DNA of 64,000 nt from Schizochytrium sp. TIO01 (Eukaryota; Protista; Bigyra: Labyrinthulomycetes): assembly GCA_004764695.1 (NCBI GenBank), contig SMSO01000004.1, positions 682,001-746,000 of the forward strand, in the 5' to 3' direction. Positions 23,181 through 34,973 of this stretch are shown piece after piece; position 1 is the first letter of the stretch; each line of letters opens with the position of its first letter. Below the pieces are notes generated by a model. That model worked only from the letters and a program-made list of their open reading frames with translations. It was not told the DNA's origin and did not search any database. Made by a program: the position numbers and the translations under genes.

Positions 23181-25232
23181 TTAGTTGCTCTTCTTGTTGT
23201 CCTCTGCCTCTATGGTTTCAAAATCGTCATCATCAGCTGCCAAATCATCCTCATCCTTGTTGCCACCGCGAGACTTGGTAACCCGCTTGCGAACCTGGTT
23301 TTCCTTAGTGCCTGAGCTTTCCCCAGCCTCTCCATCGGCATCAACCTCGGTTTCCTCATCACTATCCGCAAAATCAGAGTCCTCTGACCTCTCAGCCTTC
23401 CCGAAGGCCTCTTCAAACAGCGTTGGTTCGTTATCCAGCTCAAGATCCTCCGGGTGAAGCGCTCTGGGTTTGATGAAGCCTTCTGGCTTCACAGAGACAG
23501 TCTTCGTAGTCTTGTCATCAAATCCAAGGTACGAGTGGCACATAAGCGTGAAATCAAAGGTGTACTCATGGTTCGGCTTCAAGAAGCCCTTGCTCGGAAA
23601 CTGTGTTTTGCCACGAAGGACGTGGCCCTCTCCCTGCAAGAACACATGAGCCATAACCTGCATATCGCCCGGTCTGTGGAAGATCACGGACCATTTCTCA
23701 TTCTTACTGAACGGCAGAAAAGGTGCATGTACTACTCCCGCACTACCTCCGTCCTTCGGCACGTGTTCGCGCTCAAGCTCAAAATACGCTGTCATAATGT
23801 CTCCTTCACACGCAACGTCCTCAAACTCCAGCGATCCATCAGGGTTTTCGTGAGAGATCACTCCAATGGTGACCTTAAAGTCCACATCTGGGAGTAGTTT
23901 TGTCACTTCATTAACATCCTTCACCTGGGCATCGCTGAGGCTCGACATTCCCTTCTTGCGGCCAACACCTAGTGCAGGTTGCTCCGGGGCTTTCAAGAAC
24001 TCTTTGATGTTACTAATCGGTGTAGATCCAAGCGATGCCTGTTTTGCTTCAAGGCGTCCAAAGTGCGGGAGCTGCTGCAGCGAAGAGTCCAAAACCCAAA
24101 GCGCTTGTGTCATGCACTGCTCAAATTCCACAACGGCCTTGACACCCTTGAAGCTTCTCCGCACGAGGACAGTGTCGAGCATCGCATCAATCAGCAACTG
24201 AGACTGTCGCAGAATAGTATCAAGGTCCTTTCGCATTGCTGGTGAAAGCTCGTCCGTGAGACGGTTAAGATGGGCATGAATGAGGATATTGGCACGTTCA
24301 CAAGCCGGCCAGTGTTTGAGGATTCCGGCTTTAGCAACGACGGGGTGCGCTTGCTTCAGCATGCGGCCTTCCGAAATCATTCGGTCTCGCAGCTTCTCAA
24401 GGTCGTGGACTTCAACGGGGGACCGCTCAGGAAGGTTTCGGAATTCTGCGCTGAGAGCGAGGACCTCTGGCATCTGCTCGAGGGTAACCTTGTTGTCGAG
24501 GAGACGGATGAAGAAGTTGTATGTATCGTTAAGGATAAGCTTATCGCCAAACTTCTTCGAGTTCGAGTACCATCGGCCCACGACAACGGGGATAATGATC
24601 ACCAATGCCATGAGGTACACCACCAGCACAACGTTTTGATACTTCTTGTCAAGCAAAAACGAAGGCAATCCTACAGAAACCTCCATGCGGCTGCTCGAAC
24701 CATCAGGGCTACCGGTGCTCATAAAGTTGTTGTATGCCTCCTCATCAGTGAGGATAATGTGTGCGTTTTGGACCTTCTCGAGCATCGTCGCAGAGAGAGC
24801 CTTCTCATCCACGGATTTGCCGATCTGTCGATCAGGGTGATACAGAAGACTCATCTTACGGTACGCCTTTTTGATCTTTTTCTCGTTGGAGCCCTTTTCG
24901 ACACCGAGAATCTCCCAAGGGTCGAACTGGGCGATCTGTTCACCTGTCATGCTCACCAGAAACGCCAGGAAAAGCCAACCAAGTACAATAAGACCAAGGC
25001 GGATAAGAAAAGATTTATCTACGATCTTGCGAGCGCTATTGTCCTTTGCAAGTTTCTCAAGCTTACTCTTTTCCAGAGATGATCTTGGCTTGAAATTCAC
25101 AAGGCTAGCTGACCCGGACAGCTGGCTCAGGGTTGACTTCACGAAGCCGATGGTGACAGGGGTCAAGCCCGAGAAGATCATCATGATCCCGAAATACAGC
25201 GCTGCGCTGTCATCATATGCTAAACGCGGCAT
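23181..25232 (-). CDS. SEC63: Translocation protein Sec63
   Basis: N-terminal LAYDD then TM helices, J domain (FDPWEILG..KKAYRKMSLLYHPDR), VGLPSFL, Sec63/Brl domain (VHAPFLPFSKNEKW), acidic tail, C-terminal KKSN dilysine-type ER signal. Confidence 0.93.
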   Translation of the reverse strand: MPRLAYDDSAALYFGIMMIFSGLTPVTIGFVKSTLSQLSGSASLVNFKPRSSLEKSKLEKLAKDNSARKIVDKSFLIRLGLIVLGWLFLAFLVSMTGEQIAQFDPWEILGVEKGSNEKKIKKAYRKMSLLYHPDRQIGKSVDEKALSATMLEKVQNAHIILTDEEAYNNFMSTGSPDGSSSRMEVSVGLPSFLLDKKYQNVVLVVYLMALVIIIPVVVGRWYSNSKKFGDKLILNDTYNFFIRLLDNKVTLEQMPEVLALSAEFRNLPERSPVEVHDLEKLRDRMISEGRMLKQAHPVVAKAGILKHWPACERANILIHAHLNRLTDELSPAMRKDLDTILRQSQLLIDAMLDTVLVRRSFKGVKAVVEFEQCMTQALWVLDSSLQQLPHFGRLEAKQASLGSTPISNIKEFLKAPEQPALGVGRKKGMSSLSDAQVKDVNEVTKLLPDVDFKVTIGVISHENPDGSLEFEDVACEGDIMTAYFELEREHVPKDGGSAGVVHAPFLPFSKNEKWSVIFHRPGDMQVMAHVFLQGEGHVLRGKTQFPSKGFLKPNHEYTFDFTLMCHSYLGFDDKTTKTVSVKPEGFIKPRALHPEDLELDNEPTLFEEAFGKAERSEDSDFADSDEETEVDADGEAGESSGTKENQVRKRVTKSRGGNKDEDDLAADDDDFETIEAEDNKKSN

Positions 25233-28200
25233 CGTAATGAATGTTTTATGTTGCCCAAACCTACTACTCGCTCGAACTGTGAATCAAAGTCTTTAGATGA
25301 GCTCGCGGTCCAAACAAAAACCGAGCGAGATGTCCTTGTGACAAGAAATCTAGCCTAACAAATGTGAGACTATCTTTGTGCAAGATTTCTCAAAGAGTTT
25401 GCCTGTGACAGAGTCGAGTGAGAGTACAAACGTATGAACGTACGGGTACAGACGTACGACCGAGCAAGAGAATGATCTCGCGCCAGCCCAGACGTTCGAG
25501 CTCCGCAGACCCTCTGTGGCCTGAGAAAGAGTGTGTTAGGCGTGCAATTAAGATTACCAGTTCGACTCGCAGTCCTAGAGCCTCTGTCGCTAGACTCCTG
25601 CGCGCCAGAGGCCGTCCGCACCGCGCTGGCGCCTCGACGGAATGGTTTTGGCTGTTGCTTTCGAGCTTCTTGATTCTCTTTTTCTCGATCTCTTTTTTCT
25701 TCTTTCTCTTTCGCTTTTTTTCTCTCTTTCTTTCTCTTCATCACAACCAAATACTCTATTCTATACACTGCGTTATACTTTACCCCTACAGTATGGCTTC
25801 TTAATAACCCACTTGGGACCTCCAGTATTCTCGACTTGTTCTGTTCTCCTCCTCTTCTTCTCGACTTCTCCTGCTTTTCTTCCGTCGTTCTTTTCTCCCT
25901 TCGCTCTTTCTCTTTCATAACGTGTTCTTTTCTCTTTCCTGTTAACATTCTTTTTATCCGCTGCTTATTCACTGCCCTCTCTCCAACGTCGCCGCCGTTT
26001 GGCCCAAGCTTCCCGCGCCGCAGCTCCGGCAGCGCCCGCGCAGCCGCAGGGCGCCGGCAGGCCATCCCTTCGGCCTCCAGGTTCCCTCCGCGAGCCCTTC
26101 CGCCGCCCGCTGCCGCCTGCTCCGCCCGTGCGCTGGCCTGAGCAGCGATGAGTTGGCGCCGCTTCTCGTTCAACGGAGTCCACGCTATCTATCTATGCGC
26201 GTTCCTTCTCGAAAGAGAGAACGGCGCCCAGCAAAAGAACTAATACGCGCTGATATGGGGCCCCTTTGATAGGCGTAAGCAGGAGCCAGCGCGAGGCCAG
26301 TCTGGAGACTTTGGGGGGGAAATGTGTATTAATATGCTAAATGTGGCGAGCGATACGATTCCGCAAATGCACGCTCAAAGCGTTGAGAACATCGTCGCGA
26401 GGGCGCGGGAGACTTGAGAGCGGGGACCGCGGGAGCGCAGGGTGCCTGGTGGGACCAAATGCAAAATTATCGCAGCCGCTCGGGCCAGTTCGGGGATGTG
26501 GAACTAGAAGCAGCAGGGCAGGGCTGCAGTCAGAAATGAGGGACCAGTGCTTTACTTTAGAGTGAGTTGGTCAGCAGTGCGTGAATTGTGGATTGGTGAT
26601 GAAATGCAACGCAGCGATGGCGAGTTCGACTGGCCATGGGGCGGAAAGGCGATCCTGCAAGTTGCCTCGAAAAAAGCTTGGGGCTGACTATTCTGTGACG
26701 AAAATAAAGCAAGAGATTAGCGTACCTTGAAATGTGTAAAAGAGCAGCATCTTCTTCAACTCAACTTGGGCTTTTCTTATTAGAGAACCTGCGATTAGAT
26801 AGATCAGGGAGGGGATTCTGTGGGATGCTCGCCCATGTTGAAATAGATAAGAAACCTCGAGGTTAAGGGGTCCCTCGCGGCAGACACAGATTTTAGTTTG
26901 CTTCATTCCATTTCATTTCGTTTCATTTCGATCTCTGGTCTCGTACGTCACATCAAGAAGCACCAGCAGCGAAGTGAAACCAAGCAGTTGCACGAAAAGC
27001 ATGTTGAGCCTGAAGGGCTCCCTTGCGCGGATTTGCATGAACTATCAATAGAATGGCATGGAGCAAACGTCTTGAGAAGCTCTTCTCATCGAAATAAAGA
27101 TGGACGATGAAGTTCGAGAGTGACCTTTAAGACTCGAGCTCCACAGACTGTAACAGCGGATACACGTGCCTCTTTGAAGTTGTATGGTCACAGTCTTTTG
27201 CAGTCTAATAGATTCAATCGCCTGAGAGCTCTTATTTGCAGCGCGAAATTAAAAGATAAAATTATTGTTTTGCAATTCTTGTGCCCTGAGGACTCACAAA
27301 TCTGCGCCCAATAGAACGTGGGAAAGAGCCTCAACTTGGCTCGGAACTTTGCGCTGCCTCTGGCTGGCGATGAATGCATTGGGCCGCAGACTTGAGCAGG
27401 ATTGCATCCTGAATGTCCCAAGCACATAATACAACCCGATGCTCTGGCCACTGGGATTCACAATCAATTCGTCCCGTTTTGATTTGTGCTTGCAATTGTT
27501 TTTTGTTTCCATCCGCTATTTTCTCACACCGTGATCTTTGAAACGAGGAAATAAAGAAGAAGAAAAGGTGAGTAAAAGAGAAAAAGAGAAAATCCAAGAA
27601 AACGGAAAGGAGGAAAGTTTGCCTGGGATACACACGTCTCCAGTAAAATTAAGGGATACTGAAGACGCAAAAGACACGCCTTAGACGGTCGATCTCTACT
27701 TCGCTCGTCTTGTGTTTTACTTTTGCAATCTAACAGTAGCGCAAGGATCGTTTTCTTTTAGATGAGCTTTTCCTTTTCTTTTCGTTTTTTCCACATTTTA
27801 TTTTTTAATTTTGTATTCTAAATAAACCTGACAACTGGGAATAGAGAGGAATCACAAAAACCAAAGAAGCCATGAAATGCAGAAACTGCCTTCATAAGTT
27901 GGCCGTCAGCTGCAACATCATCAATTGCAACAGTGCAAGGCCTCAGGGTACCATGAGCTGTCGAAAGCTCGTGCCAATCTACCAAAGCTGCAGCCTGTTG
28001 ATGTGATAAAAATAGTAACACATGCATTATATTTTGTTACCCTACTAAAAAGTATCAGTGTTCAACGCGTGAAAACAAACAAATCTTTCTTTTTATAAAG
28101 GGATCCAAAAATTCTAAAAAACATCGGACTCAGACCTACAAAGACAAAAGCAGATCCGTGAAAGCAAAAGCAGAGAATCAAGGTCAAAGACGCCCTGCAA

Positions 28201-28476
28201 ATCCTCGTGGACGCTTGTTCCGCAGCCTCGACTGCACAATCAAAACCGAAACACCTCGTGGGGCGGTTCGCAAGCCCTGCCGCATCCTTCCTTTAAGCGG
28301 GCCAGATCTTAGTGCAGCATCTTTGCTGGGATAGAACTTGTACGAGTGTGTAGCACTCGCAATCGTGTTGAGGAAACATCAAGTGGACAACAGCACAAAT
28401 CTAAGGTACAAGACTTCAGCAAAGACAATAATTGAGACGCCACAACCCAGCTGAAGATAAAATAAGTTTAGGCAAA

Positions 28477-29400
28477 ATGACTGGCAAGATTGGCGTCATC
28501 GGCTTGGGCAACATGGGCTTTCACATGGCTTGCAACCTGCTCAAGAAGGGATCCAAGGCTGTCGTGGGTTTTGACGTTTCTCAGGGAGCTCTCGATCGCC
28601 TTCGTGCAGAAGGTGGTTCTGTCGCCACTTCTCCTGCAGACCTTGCCGAGCAATGCGATGCCGTGGTCACCATGCTGCCCAACAATGACCATGTGCGCCA
28701 GGCATACACTGGTGATGAAGGTATCTTGAAAACTCTGGCTCAAGGGTCGCTCTGTATTGATTCCAGCACCATTGATCCTCTTGTTGCACGCTCATTATAC
28801 TCCGAGGTGACCCAGAAGGGTTCTGTATTCGCAGACGCTCCTGTTTCTGGTGGTGTAGGAGGCGCAGAGCAAGGCACACTCACTTTTATGGTTGGTGCAA
28901 ATCCGGAGAATTTTGAGCGCTGCAAACCTTTGCTTTCACTCATGGGAAAGAATGTCATTAGTTGCGGAGATGTTGGCACTGGCCAAGTTGCTAAGCTTTG
29001 CAACAATTTGGTTCTTGGTATTTCCATGCTTGGCGTCTGCGAGGCCATGAACCTCGGTTCTCGCCTCGGAATTGATCGCAAAGTCCTTGCCGATATCATG
29101 AACACCTCAACCGCGCGCTGCTGGAGCAGCGATACTTACAATCCGGCCCCTGGTGTCATGGAGGGCGTGCCATCCTCACGTGAATATGAGGGTGGATTTG
29201 GTTCCGCTCTTATGCTTAAAGACCTTGGCCTCGTCGCCGATGCCGCCAAGAAGATTGGTGCGCCTCTTCCCATGGGTGAACATGCTCACTCTATGTACCA
29301 GCTTCTTGTTGCCCACGGCCTTGGTAAGAAAGACTTCGGAGTTGCCTACAAGTTCCTCGGCGGTACAGACAAGGATGAGGACTCCCGCAGCCCTCTCTAA
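28477..29400 (+). CDS. HIBADH: 3-hydroxyisobutyrate dehydrogenase
   Basis: IGVIGLGNMG Rossmann motif, TMLP, DSSTIDP, DAPVSGG, TLTFMVG, AKLCNN, RCWSSDTYNPAPGV, YEGGFGSALMLKDL. First ATG is at 28477. Confidence 0.93.
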   Translation: MTGKIGVIGLGNMGFHMACNLLKKGSKAVVGFDVSQGALDRLRAEGGSVATSPADLAEQCDAVVTMLPNNDHVRQAYTGDEGILKTLAQGSLCIDSSTIDPLVARSLYSEVTQKGSVFADAPVSGGVGGAEQGTLTFMVGANPENFERCKPLLSLMGKNVISCGDVGTGQVAKLCNNLVLGISMLGVCEAMNLGSRLGIDRKVLADIMNTSTARCWSSDTYNPAPGVMEGVPSSREYEGGFGSALMLKDLGLVADAAKKIGAPLPMGEHAHSMYQLLVAHGLGKKDFGVAYKFLGGTDKDEDSRSPL

Positions 29401-29712
29401 GCAGAAAGCATAGGAGCCTGATGTCTCTTGTTCGAAAGTAACTTATCTTAGATCATACCTTCCCTTTTTTTATTCATAGCGCGATGCTGACGATCCTAAT
29501 TGGATTGTTCCGACAAACCCTTGTCTTTAAAGTTGGCTTACTTAAGAATTGCACTTGTGCATGCTAACTAAAATTTCGCCAATATGGATTTGTAAGGTTC
29601 TGTTTTTCAATCAAGGATTCCCATAGGCAAACACAGAGATTGGGAGTTACCCTCCTCAATATTCAAACCTATGTGCCGAGTCAAGGCATTACATTGAAGT
29701 TAATTTAGATAC

Positions 29713-31515
29713 TTAATACCCGTATTTCGAATTAAACGGCTCTGAAGGTGCCTGTGCAGGATCAGATATGGCAACTGCATAGGGTGCATCCGACTCAGTC
29801 GCATCTTCGTCATCTGGTATGTGCTGAGAGTGGTCCACCGTTAGGTGACGACGCGAAGCTTCAGTAGGAGGATTGGGTCGGAAGCCTTTCGAAGACATGT
29901 ATGACACCAGCTGACCAGGAATTTCCTCAAGAACTTCACGAGCCAGAGCTGTGTAATGTTGATGCGAAAATTCCCTGAATGGAACGAATTGAACAATGTC
30001 ACGAGACATAACACGTCCATCAGCACGTAACGGCTCATCATCTGCATCAAGAATGTCCATATTCGAGAAATCCGCAGAGCCTACGCCTACAATGACGATT
30101 GACAAAGGAAGGTCCGAAGCATGGACAATTTCGCGAATCGTAGAGGTCATGTCATTGATGACGCCATCTGTAATGATAAGCAACACAGTGTAGCTTTGGT
30201 ATTCTTGAGTACACTCTTGGCTTGCGTAGTAGCTGGCCTTAGATAGCAGAGGTGCGAAATACGTTGGTCCATATAGCGATACAACGTCAAATGCGTTTTG
30301 ATATGCCTCCATCACGCCATCAATTCCAGCCACTTCTGGGCGCGACTCGTCAAACGTCAAAGGAAAACAGTGATTTACCTTACCATCGATTTCACCCCCA
30401 AATCCAAACACTGGGATTTGACCATCGGTATTGTACGCTTGAAGAATTTCACCCACCGATATGATTGCTCGCTGATATTCATTCAGTTCATCCACATGCT
30501 GTGACGTGCCGGAGTAACCTCTGCCTTGATAGTGTAAAGACTGAGGTGTAGATACTGCTCCATTGGAGGCTGTAAAATCGATGCCAATCATGAGATTAAT
30601 CTCACACCCACCCCGGATGTAGTCGAGGAGGCTATATCGTTTTTCAATAGTGCACTGTCTGATCAGGAATGTGCCTGAGCCTTTATACTTGGAGCCCTTT
30701 TTCTTCCTGATGCTGGCGTTTTCCAGAGTAAAAGATTCATCAGGTTGTAGCTCACGCAATGTCGATGTAAACTCGCCAATGAGAACATGAGATCCGCTTA
30801 AATTCCAATCATAAACACCGATGAGCAAAGGACGATCTAAGTCACCGTTGCATAGTACCTGCACGGGAATTGTGACAGGTTGCCAGATCGGGTTCAATTC
30901 CCTTGAGATGTGCTCACTCTGCCAAACCTTGACAAATGAGCCGTCGTCTCGTGAGCGAGAAATCGTCACAAACGGGTCTGATCGGCCTAGTCCAAACCAG
31001 TCTTTACGATCCAGCTTACTAGCACCAAATTGCAAAAATGCTACATCTTTGCAGGAAACAACCTCTTCGCCGCGCACTATTATCTTGCCTCTGGGTCGGC
31101 TAGACTGAGGCAAATAGAGGTCAGTGCTCCACGTTGTTCCTTTTGCACCCATAATGAACCCAAGTGTAGTGTTGGCGCCGCCGATAAAGTCTTGCTTATT
31201 AAGATCTTCACTTTTCGAATCGCGATCATATATCTCGAAGCGTAAATATTGTTGAATCTCAAACTGATAATTAAAGAGAAATTGATCGGGGAAGTCCGGG
31301 TTGAGGTTATCCCAAATAGTGTCGCTTCTGTAAATCTCCTTCCAGGGTTTGTCTGTGCGATCCCTTGTGTATACCACAACAAACGGGTCGCTCTTTGAAA
31401 AAAGATCCATATTAGGCAGGCCACGGCAGCTCACAAAGAGCTCTACTTGAGAGCTGAGCGACGATGCGCCTGTCTCCGGGTCTACGATATTAGCCATTGG
31501 CACAGCACCCTGCAT
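29713..31515 (-). CDS. Copine (C2A-C2B-vWA), paralog 1
   Basis: DLFSKSDPFVV and KDWFGLGRSDPF C2 domains, IGIDFTASNG, GPTYFAP, LLIITDG, LPLSIVIVGVG, RDIVQFVPF. Confidence 0.95.
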   Translation of the reverse strand: MQGAVPMANIVDPETGASSLSSQVELFVSCRGLPNMDLFSKSDPFVVVYTRDRTDKPWKEIYRSDTIWDNLNPDFPDQFLFNYQFEIQQYLRFEIYDRDSKSEDLNKQDFIGGANTTLGFIMGAKGTTWSTDLYLPQSSRPRGKIIVRGEEVVSCKDVAFLQFGASKLDRKDWFGLGRSDPFVTISRSRDDGSFVKVWQSEHISRELNPIWQPVTIPVQVLCNGDLDRPLLIGVYDWNLSGSHVLIGEFTSTLRELQPDESFTLENASIRKKKGSKYKGSGTFLIRQCTIEKRYSLLDYIRGGCEINLMIGIDFTASNGAVSTPQSLHYQGRGYSGTSQHVDELNEYQRAIISVGEILQAYNTDGQIPVFGFGGEIDGKVNHCFPLTFDESRPEVAGIDGVMEAYQNAFDVVSLYGPTYFAPLLSKASYYASQECTQEYQSYTVLLIITDGVINDMTSTIREIVHASDLPLSIVIVGVGSADFSNMDILDADDEPLRADGRVMSRDIVQFVPFREFSHQHYTALAREVLEEIPGQLVSYMSSKGFRPNPPTEASRRHLTVDHSQHIPDDEDATESDAPYAVAISDPAQAPSEPFNSKYGY

Positions 31516-31943
31516 TCTGACTAAGAGTTTAGTCGCAGAGATTTATTTATTTATTTGTCTTACAAAGCAAAGTTCTTCAATCCTAGGCACAACCCTGATA
31601 GTTACGGGTTTGCTGCCTCATGGGCACCGAGAAGAAATCATCCCATGCAGATGTAGTTAACATCATGGAATAGCATTGGAAACCAAAAACTGCTCCTATT
31701 CTTAAATACATCAAAACCCCAAACTGGTACTAGTAGGTAGGTGGGATTGATCTCTGTCTGATACGGTAATGGGTGCAGTTTACTTCTGTGTGCATACTCG
31801 ACAAGATGGGTTATTTTATGAATATAATAGTACCATGATAGGTGTTGCCTACTGCTTTGCAGAATCTGCGCAAAACCAGCTCAGCCTGTTTAGCCAGCTT
31901 GACCAGCTTAGCCAGCCAAGTGCTTCCGCAATCGCAGATGTCA

Positions 31944-31968
31944 ACGTTCCAAGATCAAATCGAGCGTC
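31944..31968. promoter_or_regulatory. Conserved non-coding element upstream of copine 1
   Basis: acgttccaagatcaaatcgagcgtc, identical to 34949-34973 upstream of copine 2. Confidence 0.6.
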
Positions 31969-32785
31969 GAACTGGTCACAGCAAGGCAGCAGTGCACACC
32001 AGGCGCCTCGGACCCACACTGCTTAACTTCGAGTACCCGCGCTGGTGGCGCCGGTGCTGCTCTTGGCAACAACTTCGAACATGCACCTTCAAGAATGAAC
32101 CTTGAATCGAAGTTCAACCTTGGAAATTGGGTTGAATGACTGAAAAATACTTTTAAATTTGGTTAATTACACTTGAAATGACTTGGAACTTTTTTAAAAT
32201 TAAAAAATCCAATGAAAATGTTTATATATTATTTTATTGGAATTGACAGCAAGAAGATTATCAATCGACTTACTCCATAGTACACATGATCATCAAACAT
32301 AACCACTCAGTACAGGATAAAATGAGTAAGAATATCATGAAGCTATACTAAGTAGCTTGCAATGAGAATCACAAAATATCTATGGAAAGAACATCATATT
32401 AACTTTGCTAGATACTACTCCATTCCAACGTGTAGAAGTGGTGAAGCCAAGGAAATATCTTTATCCACGTGAAGGATCCAAACGCAATGGATCGTCGTAC
32501 TCAGATAAAGTGCAAAAGGCGAAAGCATATAAAAATTAATAAAATCGAGATGCTGAAATTCAAGTTAAATTCCTGCTGCTATGCGTGCTTAACAAAGAAT
32601 GACACAAAAAAAATGCAATTTGCCTTGTCACTACCACTCTGCTCTAAAACAGGCTTGCAGCTGCACTAGAATTTTATTCAGCAGTTTTAATTAAAACAAA
32701 GAGTGTCTAGTGTCTAGCTAGAATCAAAGAAACTACAAAAGTCGTCAGCTGATTCAAGGCCAAATATTAGAGTTAATTTATATAC

Positions 32786-34588
32786 TTAAAAGTGATATGG
32801 TGGAGCAGATGGCTGGGAAGGCGCAGGTGCAGGGTCAGATACGGGTACTGCAAATGGTGCGTCTGGTTCAGCAATGCCACCACCATTTATCATCCGTTGG
32901 GAATGCTCCACAGCTAGGTGACGCCGTGAGGCCTCGGTAGGAGGGTTGGGTCGCACGCCTTTTGAAGACATGTATGACACTAGCTGATCAGGAATCTCTG
33001 CAAGAACCTCACGAGCCAAGGATGTGTAATGCTGCTGAGCGAACTTTCGAAACGGGACGAACTGGACGATATCGCGAGACATCAAACGCCCATCAGCACG
33101 CAATGGCACGTCATCTGCGTCGAGGGTCTCCATATTTGAGAAATCTGCAGAGCCCACGCCCACAATGACAATCGACAAGGGAAGATCCGAAGCATGCACA
33201 ATTTGGCGAATTGTAGAACTCATATCATTAATGACACCATCTGTAATGATGAGTAACACAGTATAGCTTTGGTACCCCTGGGTGGCCTGCTCGCTTGCAT
33301 AAGAAGAAGCCTTTGATAATAAAGGCGTGAAAAGCGTTGGGCCGTGTAGCGATACCACGTCAAACGCATTTCTATATGCCTCCATCACACCTTCAATGCC
33401 TGATACTTCTGGACAAGATTCGTCAAATGTCAAAGGGAAGCAGTGACTTACCTTACCATTGATTGCACCACCGAATCCAAACACCGGAATTTGTCCATCA
33501 GTATCATAGGCCTGAAGGATCTCACCCACTGACACAATGACCCGTTGGTACTCATTTAGTTGATCTACATGCCGTAAGCTATTCGAGTAAGCAGAGCCTT
33601 GATAATGTAAAGACTGGGGTGTAGATACTGCTCCATTTGAGGCTGTAAAGTCAATGCCAATCATTAGATTAAGCTCACATCCACCCCGGATGTAGTCAAG
33701 GAAGCTAAATCGCTTTTCGACAGAGCAGTGTCTGATGAAAAAGGTTCCCGAGCCTTTATACTTAGAGCCCTTCTTCTTCTTCATGTCAGGGTTTTCCAAA
33801 GTGAAGGACTTATCGGGTTGGAATTCACGTAATGATGATGTGAATTCGCCAATGAGTACATGCGATCCACTTGAGTTCCAATCATAAACGCGAATGAGCA
33901 AAGGTCGATCGAAATCACCGTTGCACAGTACCTGCACAGGAATTACGATTGGGCGCCAGATTGGGTTGAGCTCTTTGAGGATATGCTCGCTTTCCCAAAC
34001 CTTGACAAATGAACCGTCTTCTCTTGAACGAGAAATTGTAACGAACGGGTCTGATCGGCCTAGGCCAAACCAGTCTTTACGATCAAGCTTACTAGCAGCA
34101 AATTGTAAATGTGCAACATCTTTACAGGAGGCCACCTCCTCGCCACGCACAATAAGCTTGCCCCTGACTCGGCCAGACTGAGGTGACAAGAGATCGCTAC
34201 TCCAAAGGGCTCCTTTCGAGCCCATGATAGATGCAAGTGTTGTGTTGGCGCCGCCAATGAAGTCATGTTTTTTCAGGTCCTCATCCTCTGCATCGCGATC
34301 ATAGACCTCAAAGCGCAAATATTGCTGGACCTCAAACTGATAATTAAAGAGAATTTGATCGGGAAAGTCTGGGTTGAGGTTATCCCAGATTGTCTTGCTT
34401 CTGTAAAACTCCTTCCAAGGTTTGTCTGTACGTTCCCTGGTATAAACCACAACGAATGGGTCGCTTTTCGACAAGAGATCCATGTTCCGCAGACCGCGGC
34501 AGCTCACAAAGAGCTCCACCTGCGAGCTCAGGGATGCCGCGCCCGTCTCTGGGTCCACGACCTGAGCCATTGGCACAGCGCCTTGCAT
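32786..34588 (-). CDS. Copine (C2A-C2B-vWA), paralog 2, tandem duplicate
   Basis: Same motifs and same 600-aa length as paralog 1, colinear, with many synonymous differences. Confidence 0.95.
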   Translation of the reverse strand: MQGAVPMAQVVDPETGAASLSSQVELFVSCRGLRNMDLLSKSDPFVVVYTRERTDKPWKEFYRSKTIWDNLNPDFPDQILFNYQFEVQQYLRFEVYDRDAEDEDLKKHDFIGGANTTLASIMGSKGALWSSDLLSPQSGRVRGKLIVRGEEVASCKDVAHLQFAASKLDRKDWFGLGRSDPFVTISRSREDGSFVKVWESEHILKELNPIWRPIVIPVQVLCNGDFDRPLLIRVYDWNSSGSHVLIGEFTSSLREFQPDKSFTLENPDMKKKKGSKYKGSGTFFIRHCSVEKRFSFLDYIRGGCELNLMIGIDFTASNGAVSTPQSLHYQGSAYSNSLRHVDQLNEYQRVIVSVGEILQAYDTDGQIPVFGFGGAINGKVSHCFPLTFDESCPEVSGIEGVMEAYRNAFDVVSLHGPTLFTPLLSKASSYASEQATQGYQSYTVLLIITDGVINDMSSTIRQIVHASDLPLSIVIVGVGSADFSNMETLDADDVPLRADGRLMSRDIVQFVPFRKFAQQHYTSLAREVLAEIPDQLVSYMSSKGVRPNPPTEASRRHLAVEHSQRMINGGGIAEPDAPFAVPVSDPAPAPSQPSAPPYHF

Positions 34589-34948
34589 CCTGTCTAAAGA
34601 TGCCGATCAGGACGTAAGGATGTACTTATGCACGAACAAAAAAACTAATCACACGCAAAATACTCCAATCAAAGAGTCACTCTTGCTTCTTTACGATCTT
34701 TCTCGCAAAGAAGAGATACCACTCTGGACACAACTCTATTAAAGTACTAGTAGCAGTTCAACCTGCAAGTATTACGGTATTATTCACGTACGAGCAAAGG
34801 TTTTCCCTCGTAAAAGGAGGGTTACTCGGCGAAGAAGAAGAAGAAGCAGCCGCAGCCGCAGCAGCAGCAGCAGCACGAACTATTAGTAGTACCTACAGCA
34901 ATTGCTCACGAGGCCAAGCTCTTCCGCAAGCGCCGCTGTCAACCTACT

Positions 34949-34973
34949 ACGTTCCAAGATCAAATCGAGCGTC
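34949..34973. promoter_or_regulatory. Conserved non-coding element upstream of copine 2
   Basis: Identical 25-mer to 31944-31968. Confidence 0.6.

Noticed and set aside
25370-26183. 267-aa minus-strand Lys/Glu/Arg-rich ORF upstream of SEC63
   Set aside because: Arises from a low-complexity purine tract plus a GC island and has a non-ATG start; more likely promoter/UTR.
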